A stretch of DNA of 61,070 nt, counting the filler. It is 7 parts of 7 records of this genome, joined end to end, with 100 filler letters (N's around TTAATTAATTAA, not from the genome) between each part and the next. Parts side by side here need not be neighbours in the genome. Positions count along the whole stretch, not along the records: positions 34,694 to 42,172 come from SRR31156797_29776; positions 42,273 to 52,376 come from SRR31156797_29798; 5 more parts are not named here. One strand, given 5' to 3'. Shown in pieces: positions 40,632 to 50,620 of this stretch. The translations under genes were made by a program, and so were the position numbers. Below the pieces are notes generated by a model. The model was not told where the DNA came from. It saw only the letters and a program-made list of their open reading frames with translations, and made no database searches. The stretch's first letter is position 1. Every line of letters starts with the position of its first letter.

Positions 40632-41444
40632 TTATGCGTTAGGATGGGGCGTATTCAATACGCCTGTCCGGGCGAGGGTGGTAAAGGTTGCCACCTCGAT
40701 CTTACGTTGGGATACGATCTGCCGGAGAAGCATCTCAAGAAAAAGAAAGGCGGCGTCGTTCATTCGCATATGATGGAGCATGATGCCGCACACTCCGCTC
40801 TCCATGCCCTGGCGCAACTCGTTGAACAGGGCCTGCCATCCGGGATCGAAGGATGGCTCCTTCCGGGTGTGGAGATCCACATGAATGGAGATCTCCCTCA
40901 GTCCGGAAGGCGGCCCGGGCGCGTTGCCTGTGCTCCGGGAGATGCCTTCAAACCCGAGGCTGACCAGGGCGGCCATGGTTTCCCGGGTGCACCGGTTCCA
41001 GGGCGGGGTGAAGAAGGGCGCGAACCGGTGGTTCAAAACAGCCTCCAGCCGCTGTTGTCCTTTGGCAAGATCATTCCGGATATCACTGACGGGCCGGCCC
41101 GGGCCGAACTCCTGCTTCTTCCCCTTGATTTCGTGGTTCACATGCCGCCACCCGTGCTGGTGCCAGCAAAAGAGATCGCCCCCCCTGTGGGCAAAGGGCG
41201 CCAGGGCCTCCCACCGTTGACGGGTCAGCCAGGTGGGCACCACGGCCAGGCAGAGGGGAAGCCGGTATTGTAGGAACAGTTCCATCATCCTGGTAAAATT
41301 GCGGCCCGGCACCCCGATATCATCGGCCCTGAAAAAAAACAGGACTTTGTTTCGTTTTTCCATGCCCCGGGCCAGGGTGTGCCCAAGGCGCTCCTGAATT
41401 GCTGCGGACCTTGCGCCCTTGAAATCATCGTAGATCGCGTTCAT
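40632..41444 (-). CDS. Polysaccharide deacetylase (NodB/CE4-like) family protein
   Basis: FFRADD, LAVVP, HQHGWRH, FTPPWNR, GIMLHH. Confidence 0.8.
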   Translation of the reverse strand: MNAIYDDFKGARSAAIQERLGHTLARGMEKRNKVLFFFRADDIGVPGRNFTRMMELFLQYRLPLCLAVVPTWLTRQRWEALAPFAHRGGDLFCWHQHGWRHVNHEIKGKKQEFGPGRPVSDIRNDLAKGQQRLEAVLNHRFAPFFTPPWNRCTRETMAALVSLGFEGISRSTGNAPGPPSGLREISIHVDLHTRKEPSFDPGWQALFNELRQGMESGVCGIMLHHMRMNDAAFLFLEMLLRQIVSQRKIEVATFTTLARTGVLNTPHPNA

Positions 41445-42172
41445 GGTCTTCCATTCTCCTCTATCCAGTTACGGACCGCCCTGGCCCCCCCCAGGTCCAG
41501 GCGTTGGCGGATCTGTTTTTTTTCTTTCGCTAGGCGCTCCCGGATGATTCCGGCCAGGATTTTCGGTACCAGGCTTTCTTCTTCCAGCAGGGAGATGTCC
41601 GCAAAATCCGCTAAAGAAGCGGCCCGCAGGCGCTGTTCCCGGTTCTGGTCAAAGGGCCAAACCAGGGACGGCACCCCGGCTGCCACAAGGTTCATGCAGG
41701 TGTTATAGCCGGCCATGCTGATGGAAAGATCCGCGGCCGACAGGAGGGAGATGAAATCGTTCCAGAAGGGTGCCACACTTACCCCTTCCCCAGCCAGGGC
41801 ATACACCCGTTCGGTCTCCTTCTTGTCCATGTAGGGCCCTGTGAGAACCATCATCCTCACCCTGTTCCGGTCCGGGAGCAGGCCGTGGGCACGGATCGCG
41901 GCCCGGAGCAAGGGCGCTCCCACCGTTCCGCCCCCTGCGCTGACCACCACAAGGGATTGGTCCGGCGCAATCCCCAGGTCCGGCCTCACCCGGGCCACGG
42001 TTGCGGGATCCGGCAATGGGGTGACAAAACCGGTATACGCCATGGGCACCCGAATGTCATCCATCCTTGAAAAGCTGGTGTCCAGCCGGATCAGCCGGGG
42101 ATCGGAATGGATCAGCAGGGCGTCAAACCATTGGTTCAGGGTGTCCACCACCCGGGTTTCATAGGCGCCGGC
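41441..42172 (-). CDS. GT-B glycosyltransferase (GT28 C-terminal-like); 5'-partial
   Basis: LIHSDP, YTGFV, VVSAGGG, TGP, ISMAGYNT, EQRLRA; ATGA overlap with the deacetylase. Confidence 0.82.
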   Translation of the reverse strand, partial: AGAYETRVVDTLNQWFDALLIHSDPRLIRLDTSFSRMDDIRVPMAYTGFVTPLPDPATVARVRPDLGIAPDQSLVVVSAGGGTVGAPLLRAAIRAHGLLPDRNRVRMMVLTGPYMDKKETERVYALAGEGVSVAPFWNDFISLLSAADLSISMAGYNTCMNLVAAGVPSLVWPFDQNREQRLRAASLADFADISLLEEESLVPKILAGIIRERLAKEKKQIRQRLDLGGARAVRNWIEENGRP

Positions 42173-42272
42173 NNNNNNNNNNNNNNNNNNNNNNNNNNNN
42201 NNNNNNNNNNNNNNNNTTAATTAATTAANNNNNNNNNNNNNNNNNNNNNNNNNNNNNNNNNNNNNNNNNNNN
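42173..42272. other. Artificial contig spacer
   Basis: N44-TTAATTAATTAA-N44. Confidence 0.99.
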
Positions 42273-42553
42273 CTTTTTTGGATCGTGCCGGCTTCGCCGG
42301 GAACCTTCGGGATTGTTAAAGTTATTCATTACTTCAGATTGGTAAAATTTATTGTTCCCTGTACCCTAGTGCATCTGAGAGTTCTATAAAAGATTAGTGA
42401 CACAAAAAACAACACGATCATCCTCCGTAGGCGGCATGTCCCATCCACGCTATCCTGAAAACAATTGAAATAATACAGCTATTGAAAAAATCTGAGTTCA
42501 AAGTTGCAATTAACAGGATCACTACAGAGCCGAAATTTCAATAGTACAAACTC

Positions 42554-43339
42554 TCATTTGAGTTTCTTATTCATGATATTCGCAAATCTACCATTGCTGA
42601 TAGGATGATGACTAATGACCTCCCCATCATAAATAATACAAAAAGTGCCGAAAGCACATGGTGAATTCTGAACAGCTTCTGAATCTTCCAGATCGATCAA
42701 CGTAGCATCCAGCCCGAATTCCTCTTTTGCAGACTCGATGATGGCATTCACATTCTTTTCAGTATACGGACACTGGGCCGAGCGCATGATATAGAGCCCA
42801 TCTTTGAAGTTCTCAAGACCTTTTTCCATATCCCTGAACTCAGGATCTGATGAATTCTCATTGAATTTCAGAACCAATAACTCAAAATCAGGCTTTTCCT
42901 TATCAACTACTGTGAAGCCTTTCTTCATGAAAATATCTTTTTTCACCATGAAAGAGCCTTTTCTCGTGACAACAGCAACCCCGTGCATGCCCTCATTTTT
43001 CGCTTCTTTGATGCATTCGTCTATCATCAGGGAAGCATATCCTTTGCCTTTGAACTCTTTTTTGAATCCTACAAAGATGCAATGGATGAACATGTAGCCT
43101 TCGCCGTTCACCGGCCTGTGGGCATATTTGCCGGGGATGTACTCAAGCATGCCCTGATATCCACCTTTTTCTGAGATGAGCGCTTTTATCCTGAGTCCTT
43201 TTGGATAATACTCTTTGAACCAGTCTATTTTTTTCCTCAGTTCAAGGTGCTTCTTTATATCTTTGTAGCCACAGACGCCGTATTCGGAAATGTTTCCCGG
43301 GGTCAGGTCAATTATTTCAATACTTTTAGCATTGGTCAT
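42554..43339 (-). CDS. GNAT acetyltransferase with C-terminal YoaP domain
   Basis: EYIPG, FIHCIFV, KGKGYAS acetyl-CoA motif; QCPY and AVQNSPCAF..F...YDGE. Confidence 0.82.
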   Translation of the reverse strand: MTNAKSIEIIDLTPGNISEYGVCGYKDIKKHLELRKKIDWFKEYYPKGLRIKALISEKGGYQGMLEYIPGKYAHRPVNGEGYMFIHCIFVGFKKEFKGKGYASLMIDECIKEAKNEGMHGVAVVTRKGSFMVKKDIFMKKGFTVVDKEKPDFELLVLKFNENSSDPEFRDMEKGLENFKDGLYIMRSAQCPYTEKNVNAIIESAKEEFGLDATLIDLEDSEAVQNSPCAFGTFCIIYDGEVISHHPISNGRFANIMNKKLK

Positions 43340-43379
43340 CGAATCCTCCTACTTTTACAATCCTGTCCTTTGAATGAGC

Positions 43380-43793
43380 CTACTTGTCGGACGATTTGGC
43401 ACAGCTATAGCAGTATCCCTTGTGGACACAGATCGTACCCCCACATTTGGGGCAAGTCCATCTTGACCGTTCATTTTCCAGAAATTCCGTCATACCAGAC
43501 TTTTCGATATTTTGCAGATTTTCGATCATACTCATGTTATATCTGGTCCGGTACCTTTTATCCAGTTGTTTCAGTCTTTTACATGGAAAATCCTTACATT
43601 CAAAACAAAACTGAGAGTTTCCATCCTGAAAAGTCTCGCATTTCTTTATTTTGCACTGAGCCCGGCTAATAGACTTTTTATCATCAGGTCCCCTGCAACC
43701 GGGACATTTGTTTCTTTCCCGTAGATATGCTATGCAAACACTGCAGTTCATTCCACAGGGAGCAATTGGTAGGATTGCATCAGGAGCCTCCAT
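43380..43793 (-). CDS. Cys-rich DUF3795-like protein
   Basis: APCGMNCSVC, CPGC, CKIKKC, FCFECKDFPC, CPKCGG..C....CYSC. Confidence 0.8.
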   Translation of the reverse strand: MEAPDAILPIAPCGMNCSVCIAYLRERNKCPGCRGPDDKKSISRAQCKIKKCETFQDGNSQFCFECKDFPCKRLKQLDKRYRTRYNMSMIENLQNIEKSGMTEFLENERSRWTCPKCGGTICVHKGYCYSCAKSSDK

Positions 43794-43944
43794 AGATAGT
43801 AATATAATTCTTATTTTTCAAAACTGTTCCTGTAAATTCATGCTTATCAGAAGATTTTCTAAATCAATTATATATCCTATCAACTATTAAATAAAAGCAG
43901 GGAGTGCAAATTCCCGCATTACAAATAGAACAGGGGAATCACAA

Positions 43945-45312
43945 TTGGGTAAGATACGTTCTGTCAATCCTGCAACCGGAGAACTGAATGGAGAATTCGA
44001 TCTCCACTCTCAGCAAGTAGTGGACCAGAAGATAACAAGTTCAAGAAGGGCATTCGATGAATGGAAAATGGAAGACATTGTCGAGAGGACATTTTCTATC
44101 GAGTGTGTTGCTGAGGTTATCAGGGGAAAAAGAGAGGAACTTGCAGAAACGATAACAAAGGAAATGGGTAAACCTATCAAGGAATCTCTTGCAGAGGTTG
44201 ATAAGTGTGCCTGGGCCTGTGACTATTTTGCAGAGCAGGCAGATACATTCCTTGCAGCCGAATTCGTTGAAACAGACGCAGAAACATCTGGTTTTGTCTA
44301 CGAACCTGTCGGAACGGTCCTCAGCATCATGCCATGGAACTTCCCTCTCTGGCAGGCACTCAGGTTCGGCATACCTGCTCTGGCGGGTGGAAATGTAGTA
44401 CTGTTGAAACATGCAAGTAGTGTGCCCATGTGTGCCCTTGAGATTGAGAAATTATTTACTGAAGCCGGAGTACCGGAAGGTGTCTATCAGACACTTCTTG
44501 TTGATGGTCCAACAGCCTCCTCACTGATCTCAAGGAATGAGATCAATGCCGTAACATTCACAGGAAGTCAGCCAGCCGGAGAAAAGGTAGCAGAGGCTGC
44601 AGGAAGGAACATCAAGAAGTTCGTTCTGGAACTTGGTGGAAGTGATCCGTTTATAGTTCTGGAGGATGCATATGTTGAAAGAACAGCTAAAGCAGCAGTA
44701 TCAGCGCGTTTCCAGAACTGTGGACAAAGCTGTATTGCAGCCAAACGTTTACTAGTTGATGAAAGTATTGCAGAGGATTTCACAGACATTTTCCTGGATA
44801 CTGTCCGTGAGCTCAGAGTCGGAGACCCCATGGAGTTAGATACCGATATAGGCCCACTTTCAAGCGAAGGACAGAGAAACATAGTGAAACAACAAGTTGA
44901 TCAGACCCTGAAAATGGGAGCAAACGTGTTGCTGGAAGGCGGACCCCAGGAAGGAGACGGATTTTTCTACATGCCAACGGTACTTAATGACATAGCAAAG
45001 GATGCACCGGTTGTCAGGGAAGAGGTGTTCGGACCCGTAGCACCCATAATAACATTTAGCAGCGATGAAGAGGCCATTGAGATCGCAAATGACACGGAAT
45101 ATGGCCTGGGAGCCTGCATATGGAGCAAAGACACCCAGAGAGCCATGAAAATGACAAGACACATTGAAGCCGGTGTAATTGCCGTAAACAACATGGTGGC
45201 TTCCGATCCCAGACTTCCCTTTGGCGGAATGAAGAAAAGTGGTGTTGGAAGAGAACTATATCGCACAGGTATGCTCGAATTTATGACGGTAAAATCAATG
45301 AAGGTGTATTGA
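43945..45312 (+). CDS. NAD(P)-dependent succinate-semialdehyde dehydrogenase family
   Basis: IMPWNFP, LKHAS, TFTGS, LELGGSDP, QNCGQSC, EEVFGP, PFGGMKKSGVGRE; TTG start after GGGG RBS. Confidence 0.88.
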   Translation: MGKIRSVNPATGELNGEFDLHSQQVVDQKITSSRRAFDEWKMEDIVERTFSIECVAEVIRGKREELAETITKEMGKPIKESLAEVDKCAWACDYFAEQADTFLAAEFVETDAETSGFVYEPVGTVLSIMPWNFPLWQALRFGIPALAGGNVVLLKHASSVPMCALEIEKLFTEAGVPEGVYQTLLVDGPTASSLISRNEINAVTFTGSQPAGEKVAEAAGRNIKKFVLELGGSDPFIVLEDAYVERTAKAAVSARFQNCGQSCIAAKRLLVDESIAEDFTDIFLDTVRELRVGDPMELDTDIGPLSSEGQRNIVKQQVDQTLKMGANVLLEGGPQEGDGFFYMPTVLNDIAKDAPVVREEVFGPVAPIITFSSDEEAIEIANDTEYGLGACIWSKDTQRAMKMTRHIEAGVIAVNNMVASDPRLPFGGMKKSGVGRELYRTGMLEFMTVKSMKVY

Positions 45313-45315
45313 AAA

Positions 45316-46953
45316 ATGAAGGCCAGCGACCTCTTTGTGAAATGTCTTGAGAATGAAGGTGTTGAATACATATTCGGTGTACCGGGTGAGGAAACTATAG
45401 ACCTTACCGAATCACTCCGGAATTCAAAAATAGAGTTTATCGCAACAAGGCATGAGCAGAGTGCTGCTTTCATGGCAGACATGTATGGTAGGCTCACTCA
45501 CAGACCTGGGGTCTGTCTTGCAACACTTGGTCCCGGAGCAACGAACCTTATAACGGGTGTCGCCGACGCACAACTTGACAGGGCACCTCTTGTAGCCATT
45601 ACAGGCCAGTCTGCCCTTGAGAAGACACACAAGGAATCACACCAGTATATCGATATCGTCACAGCATTCAAACAGTTCACCACATGGAATTCCAAGGTTA
45701 CAAGGGCTGATTTCATTCCTGAGATCGTCCACAAAGCATTCGATATCGCAGCGGACCGCCCCGGAGCCACACACATAGAGCTCCCCGAGGACGTTGCCAA
45801 AGAGGAAACAGAAAAGGAACCTATAAGCAGGAAGGTCTACCCTCATATCAGTATCCATGATGAGAAAGAACTCAGAAAGGCTGCTGAAATGATAAAAGAA
45901 AGCTGCATGCCGATAATACTTGCAGGTAATGGTATCTTCAGAGAGGAGGCAGCTATTGAGCTCAGGAAACTGGTCCAGTTCACAGGACTTCCTGTTGTAA
46001 CAACATTCATGGGAAAAGGTGCCATACCTGCTGATGATGAACACTATCTCGGTTCAATGGGTATCAAGGACCGCGATCACATCATGTGTGGTTTTGAGAT
46101 GGCTGACCTTGTGATATGCATAGGGTTCGATTACGTTGAGTATACACCTAAATTCTGGAACCCTGATAAGTCTAAGAAGATAATACACCTCCACACCGAT
46201 CACCCTGAGATAGATGAGAACTATGTACCGGACATAATGCTTATCGGTAGCATCAGGCAGGCACTCTTCAGCCTGAGACAACAGTGTGGGTTCACAAGGG
46301 AGATGCCTGAAAGATTCATGAAGGTCCGCTCAAGAATGAGAACAGAGATAGAGGACTATGCGGAGGATGCTTCGTTCCCGATAAAACCTCAGAGGATACT
46401 GAGTGATGTAAGAGCTGCACTCGGAAGGAACGACATACTGATAAGCGACGTAGGTGCACACAAATTGTGGATTGGTCGCCTTTTTCCTGCATATGAATCA
46501 AACACTGTTTTCATTTCCAACGGGCTCGCAACTATGGGATTCGCACTTCCTGGAGCAATTGCCGCAAACCTGATCAAACCTGAGAGAAAGATTGTGGCAA
46601 TAGCAGGAGATGGTGGTTTCCTCATGAACCTCCAGGACCTTGAGACTGCTGTGAGACTTGGGTGCAACTTCGTTGTGGTGATCTTCAACGATTCAAAGTA
46701 CGGACTCATCGAATGGCACGAGAGAAAAGCCTTCAACGAGACAATTGGAATCGATTTCACCAACCCTGATTTTGTCATGCTTGCAAAGAGCTTCGGTGCA
46801 AAAGGTTTGAAAATTGAGAGGGCGGAAGAATTTAAACCAAAACTTGATGAAGCACTTAGTGCAGGCGGTGTCTGGCTGCTGGATGTGCCGGTGGATTATT
46901 CAGAGAACATCAAACTTACTGAGAAGCTGAAGAACAGTTTTTGTGATCAATGA
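45316..46953 (+). CDS. ThDP-dependent acetolactate-synthase-like enzyme, probable 2-oxoglutarate decarboxylase
   Basis: FGVPGEE, RHEQSAAFMAD, TLGPGATN, DVGAHK, SNGLATMG, GDGGFLMN; 3 nt after SSADH; no ilvH/ilvN adjacent. Confidence 0.8.
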   Translation: MKASDLFVKCLENEGVEYIFGVPGEETIDLTESLRNSKIEFIATRHEQSAAFMADMYGRLTHRPGVCLATLGPGATNLITGVADAQLDRAPLVAITGQSALEKTHKESHQYIDIVTAFKQFTTWNSKVTRADFIPEIVHKAFDIAADRPGATHIELPEDVAKEETEKEPISRKVYPHISIHDEKELRKAAEMIKESCMPIILAGNGIFREEAAIELRKLVQFTGLPVVTTFMGKGAIPADDEHYLGSMGIKDRDHIMCGFEMADLVICIGFDYVEYTPKFWNPDKSKKIIHLHTDHPEIDENYVPDIMLIGSIRQALFSLRQQCGFTREMPERFMKVRSRMRTEIEDYAEDASFPIKPQRILSDVRAALGRNDILISDVGAHKLWIGRLFPAYESNTVFISNGLATMGFALPGAIAANLIKPERKIVAIAGDGGFLMNLQDLETAVRLGCNFVVVIFNDSKYGLIEWHERKAFNETIGIDFTNPDFVMLAKSFGAKGLKIERAEEFKPKLDEALSAGGVWLLDVPVDYSENIKLTEKLKNSFCDQ

Positions 46954-47102
46954 CAATTGAATTGCGTGTGGGATGTGCAGGGATGCATGTCCTACCGAAG
47001 CAACCATTGAAGGGGATATCTTATAGGGTAGAGACTTAAATCTGCCTTAAATATGGTAACTGCTACGAAATGTGTCCTAATGATGCAGTGGAAATGCTGT
47101 AA
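46940..47102 (+). pseudogene. Degenerate 2[4Fe-4S] ferredoxin
   Basis: FVINDN*IACGMCRDACPTEA then, after a frameshift, YRVET*ICLKYGNCYEMCPNDAVEML*. Two broken CxxCxxCxxxCP motifs. Confidence 0.75.
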
Positions 47103-47241
47103 TATGATTAAAAAACAGAGCTGCCCCATTTAAAACCCTGATAATCAGATACATTTATAAAAAATACACTTCATCTATCTTATAGGGAAGTCGTTGTCAC
47201 AATATAATTTAGATGATACACGATTTTCGGGGTGTTCAACA

Positions 47242-48171
47242 ATGAAGAAAAATTTTTTAATTATGTTAATCGTTATTATGGCTTTGTTCGCAGCTGGATG
47301 TACGGAAGAATCAGACATGCAGGAAGAAACAGATTCACAAATGGAAAAGGAAAAAATTGTGATAGGTTCAAAGCTTTTCCAGGAATCCTATATTCTTGCT
47401 CACATGACTGCACTTGTACTTGAAGATGCAGAATATGAAACTGAAGTGAAACAGGGATTAGGTGGCACTTTTGTCAATTACGAGGCTCTCAAGGCAGGCC
47501 AAATACACACATATGCCGAATACACAGGTACCGCCTATAGCCAGATACTCGGCTTTGAACAGCTTAATGACTGGGACAGGCAGGTTGTTTACAACATGAC
47601 CGAAGAAGGTCTCATGGAGCAGGATAGTGTGATGGTAGCCAGTAACCTTGGTTTTGAAGATGCATACGCCATTGCAGTACGTGAAGATTGGGCTGCTGAG
47701 AACAATATTGTGAAAATTAGCGACCTTGAACCCCATGCCGCAGAGATGAGTATCGGTACTGACCCTGAATTTGCCACACGAGAAGATGGTCTGCCTCGTA
47801 TCAAGGATGTCTATGGTTTTGAATTCATGGACTATAAACAAGCAGTAGCTACTGTTATGTATGAAGCTATAAAGAATGATGAGGTAGGTGCGATCTCCGC
47901 TTACACTACAGACACCAGGAACGAAGTCTTTGAGCTCAGAGTACTTGAAGACGATAAGAATGCACTTCCACCTTACGATGCAATCCTGATAGTCACAGAG
48001 GAATTCGCAGAGAAGAATCCCGAAGCCATTGCTGCAATGGAGAAACTTGACGGTGCAATTAGCACTGATGCCATGAGGCAGCTTAACTATCAGTTTGATA
48101 TCGAGCAGAAGGAACCAAGGGACATTGCATATCAGTTCCTTGTTGATGAAGGAATTATTGAGGGAGAATAA
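47242..48171 (+). CDS. Glycine betaine/choline-type ABC transporter substrate-binding lipoprotein (OpuC/OsmF-like)
   Basis: Lipobox AAGC; GSKLFQESYIL, YAEYTGT, LGFEDAYA, EFATREDG, LEDDKNALPPY. Confidence 0.9.
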   Translation: MKKNFLIMLIVIMALFAAGCTEESDMQEETDSQMEKEKIVIGSKLFQESYILAHMTALVLEDAEYETEVKQGLGGTFVNYEALKAGQIHTYAEYTGTAYSQILGFEQLNDWDRQVVYNMTEEGLMEQDSVMVASNLGFEDAYAIAVREDWAAENNIVKISDLEPHAAEMSIGTDPEFATREDGLPRIKDVYGFEFMDYKQAVATVMYEAIKNDEVGAISAYTTDTRNEVFELRVLEDDKNALPPYDAILIVTEEFAEKNPEAIAAMEKLDGAISTDAMRQLNYQFDIEQKEPRDIAYQFLVDEGIIEGE

Positions 48172-48215
48172 TATCGATCCCTCACTTTTTTGAATTAACC
48201 AATTAGGATGCAAGT

Positions 48216-49343
48216 ATGCAAACAGAAAGACTGTTTGACAGTATTGATTCTATTGATCTGAAAGGGATAACAAAGAAGTACGGGACTGGATTTGCAGTAA
48301 AGGATCTGGATCTGAAAATAAAAGGTGGAGAACTTCTTATCCTTATAGGACCCAGTGGTTCAGGAAAGACCACCACGCTCCGGATGATTAACCGTATGAT
48401 AGAGCAGGACGAAGGAACTGTTGCCATTAACGGAATCGATACAAAGGATGCTGATCTTGTGCGGCTTCGCCGCAATGTTGGTTATGTGATACAGAATATA
48501 GGTCTGTTCCCTCACATGACCATTGCTGAAAACATAGGTCTTGTTCCCAAACTGGAAGGGTGGGATAAAAATAGAATAGAAGAGCGTGTGAAAACGCTGC
48601 TTGACTTTGTATCTCTCCCACCTGATATGTTCATGAACCGCTATCCAAAACAGCTTAGCGGTGGCCAGCAGCAGCGAGTAGGACTTGCCAGGGCTATGGC
48701 AATGGACCCACCCCTGTTCTTAATGGATGAACCTTTTGGAGCACTTGATCCAATTCTACGTAAACAATTGCAAAAAGAGTTTCTTAAAATAAAAAATGAG
48801 ATAAACCGTACAATCGTGTTTGTAACCCATGATATCGAAGAAGCACTCATACTCGGGGACAGGATTGCCATAATGGACCAGGGAGAACTCGTACAGGTTG
48901 GCCCGCCTGAGGAACTCATATTCAACCCTGCCAGCGAACTCGTTGCAGATATTGTAGATAATCAGCGTAAATTCAAGCACATGGATACCCTCAAAGTCAA
49001 AGACCTTATGTCACCTTTTGAGGAAAAATATATCTTTGAAGCAAAAAAGGATGCTTGTGATGCAGTCGATGAAATGACACATAAAGACCTCGAAACGGCT
49101 TTCGTGTTCGATGGAAACGAACTTCTCGGCCAGGTAAGCATGGTTGACCTCATGAAATGCAAAGATAAATTTCAGAAACTTAGCAATGTTGCAAGGCCCA
49201 TTAAAATCTTCCAGCTAGCGGATTCTGTAGCATTTGCATTGTCTGAAATGAAAAAAAGTGGAGAATATATTGCAATCGTTATGAACTCAGATCACCCAGC
49301 AGGTATTCTGGTATCTGATGAGGTCTTGCTGAAACTTATTTGA
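48216..49343 (+). CDS. Osmoprotectant ABC transporter ATP-binding subunit with C-terminal CBS-like pair
   Basis: GPSGSGKTT, GYVIQNIGLFPH, LSGGQQQR, LMDEPFGALD, FVTHD. Confidence 0.93.
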   Translation: MQTERLFDSIDSIDLKGITKKYGTGFAVKDLDLKIKGGELLILIGPSGSGKTTTLRMINRMIEQDEGTVAINGIDTKDADLVRLRRNVGYVIQNIGLFPHMTIAENIGLVPKLEGWDKNRIEERVKTLLDFVSLPPDMFMNRYPKQLSGGQQQRVGLARAMAMDPPLFLMDEPFGALDPILRKQLQKEFLKIKNEINRTIVFVTHDIEEALILGDRIAIMDQGELVQVGPPEELIFNPASELVADIVDNQRKFKHMDTLKVKDLMSPFEEKYIFEAKKDACDAVDEMTHKDLETAFVFDGNELLGQVSMVDLMKCKDKFQKLSNVARPIKIFQLADSVAFALSEMKKSGEYIAIVMNSDHPAGILVSDEVLLKLI

Positions 49344-49357
49344 TAAAGGAGAAAGCA

Positions 49358-49999
49358 ATGTTATCAATACAGGTCATAGCAGACGTTTGGGACAGGAACC
49401 TGATGACAATGCGAACAATCGAACATTTACATATGTTCAGTATAGCACTGGTCCTGTCGATAATAATTGGGGTTTCTGTTGGTATTTTCATCTATATGAG
49501 ACCAAAGACTGCAAATCCTGTACTGAATTTCCTGAACATCGTTGAAACCATTCCAGACCTTGCGCTGATCGTACTCCTTTTGCCAATACTGAAACTCGGT
49601 GCCGGACCCACAATTGCAGCCTGTGTGCTCTATTCCATACTTCCGATTGCAAGAAACACCTACACCGGACTGAAGAATGTGGACGACCAATACACATATG
49701 TTGCACAGGCAATCGGGCTTTCCCCCAAAGAAGCGTTGCTAAAAGTAAGGATCCCCATGTCATTACCCCTTATTGCAGGAGGGATCAGAATTGCACTCGT
49801 ATTCTGTATGGGCGTTGTGACCCTGGGAGGAATTGTTGCAGCAGGAGGACTTGGCACAGTACTGCAGAACGGTATTCAGCTATACCAGAAAGATGCTATT
49901 CTCGTTGCAGGATTATGGACTGGAATGCTTGCAGTTTTATTGGATGGTTTTGCAGGAATTATTGAGAAGAAGCTCCATGAGAGGTACGGAACATGGTAG
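49358..49999 (+). CDS. Osmoprotectant ABC transporter permease 1
   Basis: ETIPDLAL, LPIARNT, AIGLS, IAGGIR, AGGLG; RBS AAGGAG. Confidence 0.9.
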   Translation: MLSIQVIADVWDRNLMTMRTIEHLHMFSIALVLSIIIGVSVGIFIYMRPKTANPVLNFLNIVETIPDLALIVLLLPILKLGAGPTIAACVLYSILPIARNTYTGLKNVDDQYTYVAQAIGLSPKEALLKVRIPMSLPLIAGGIRIALVFCMGVVTLGGIVAAGGLGTVLQNGIQLYQKDAILVAGLWTGMLAVLLDGFAGIIEKKLHERYGTW

Positions 50000-50598
50000 T
50001 CCTTGAAACGGTGCTTGATGCTACCTGGGAACACATAGTCCTTGTCTATACCACGCTTTTTGTGAGTATAGGTGTATCCATACCACTTGCCTTTGCAGCA
50101 CTATACAGTAAGAAACTGGAATTTGTCGTAATGAAGTTTGCAAACCTTGTTCAGGCGGTTCCGAGTTTTGCTGTTGTGGCCATAATGGTTCCATTCCTGG
50201 GAATTGGTTTCACCCCTGCACTGGTTGCAATTATGCTGCGTGCTCTGCTTCCAATAATTAAGAACACTTACATTGGACTGAGCAACGTCGACCCTGCATT
50301 GATAGATTACGCAGAAGGCGTAGGTTTGAGCCAGTGGCAGATCAACAGATATATCAGACTACCGAACGCATATCCGGCAATGTTCGCAGGGATCAAGTTC
50401 GCAGGGATACTTGCCAACAGCATTGCGGTCCTGACTGCTTTTATCGGAAGTGGAGGACTTGGGGAGATTATATTCCAGGGACTTATAGGTTACAATACAA
50501 GCACCCTTCTGGCAGGTGCTATACCTGCTATCATGCTTGCAATACTTATAGACATCTCATTCACGATGCTTGAAAAAAGGGTCACTCCCGTTACGTGA
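49993..50598 (+). CDS. Osmoprotectant ABC transporter permease 2
   Basis: QAVPSFA, LPIIKNT, GVGLS, FAGIK, GSGGLG. Confidence 0.9.
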   Translation: MVVLETVLDATWEHIVLVYTTLFVSIGVSIPLAFAALYSKKLEFVVMKFANLVQAVPSFAVVAIMVPFLGIGFTPALVAIMLRALLPIIKNTYIGLSNVDPALIDYAEGVGLSQWQINRYIRLPNAYPAMFAGIKFAGILANSIAVLTAFIGSGGLGEIIFQGLIGYNTSTLLAGAIPAIMLAILIDISFTMLEKRVTPVT

Positions 50599-50620
50599 AG
50601 GAAGGAATTTGAGAGGAACA

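Noticed and set aside
35930-41273. Opposite-strand ORFs such as 35930-36583, 38113-39462, 39505-40143, 40602-41273
   Set aside because: They overlap confidently identified genes on the other strand and lack motifs.
46958-46960. TGA at a ferredoxin Cys position as selenocysteine recoding
   Set aside because: The same remnant has a frameshift, an internal TAA and a Cys-to-Tyr change, and Methanosarcinales are not known to use selenocysteine; decay is simpler.
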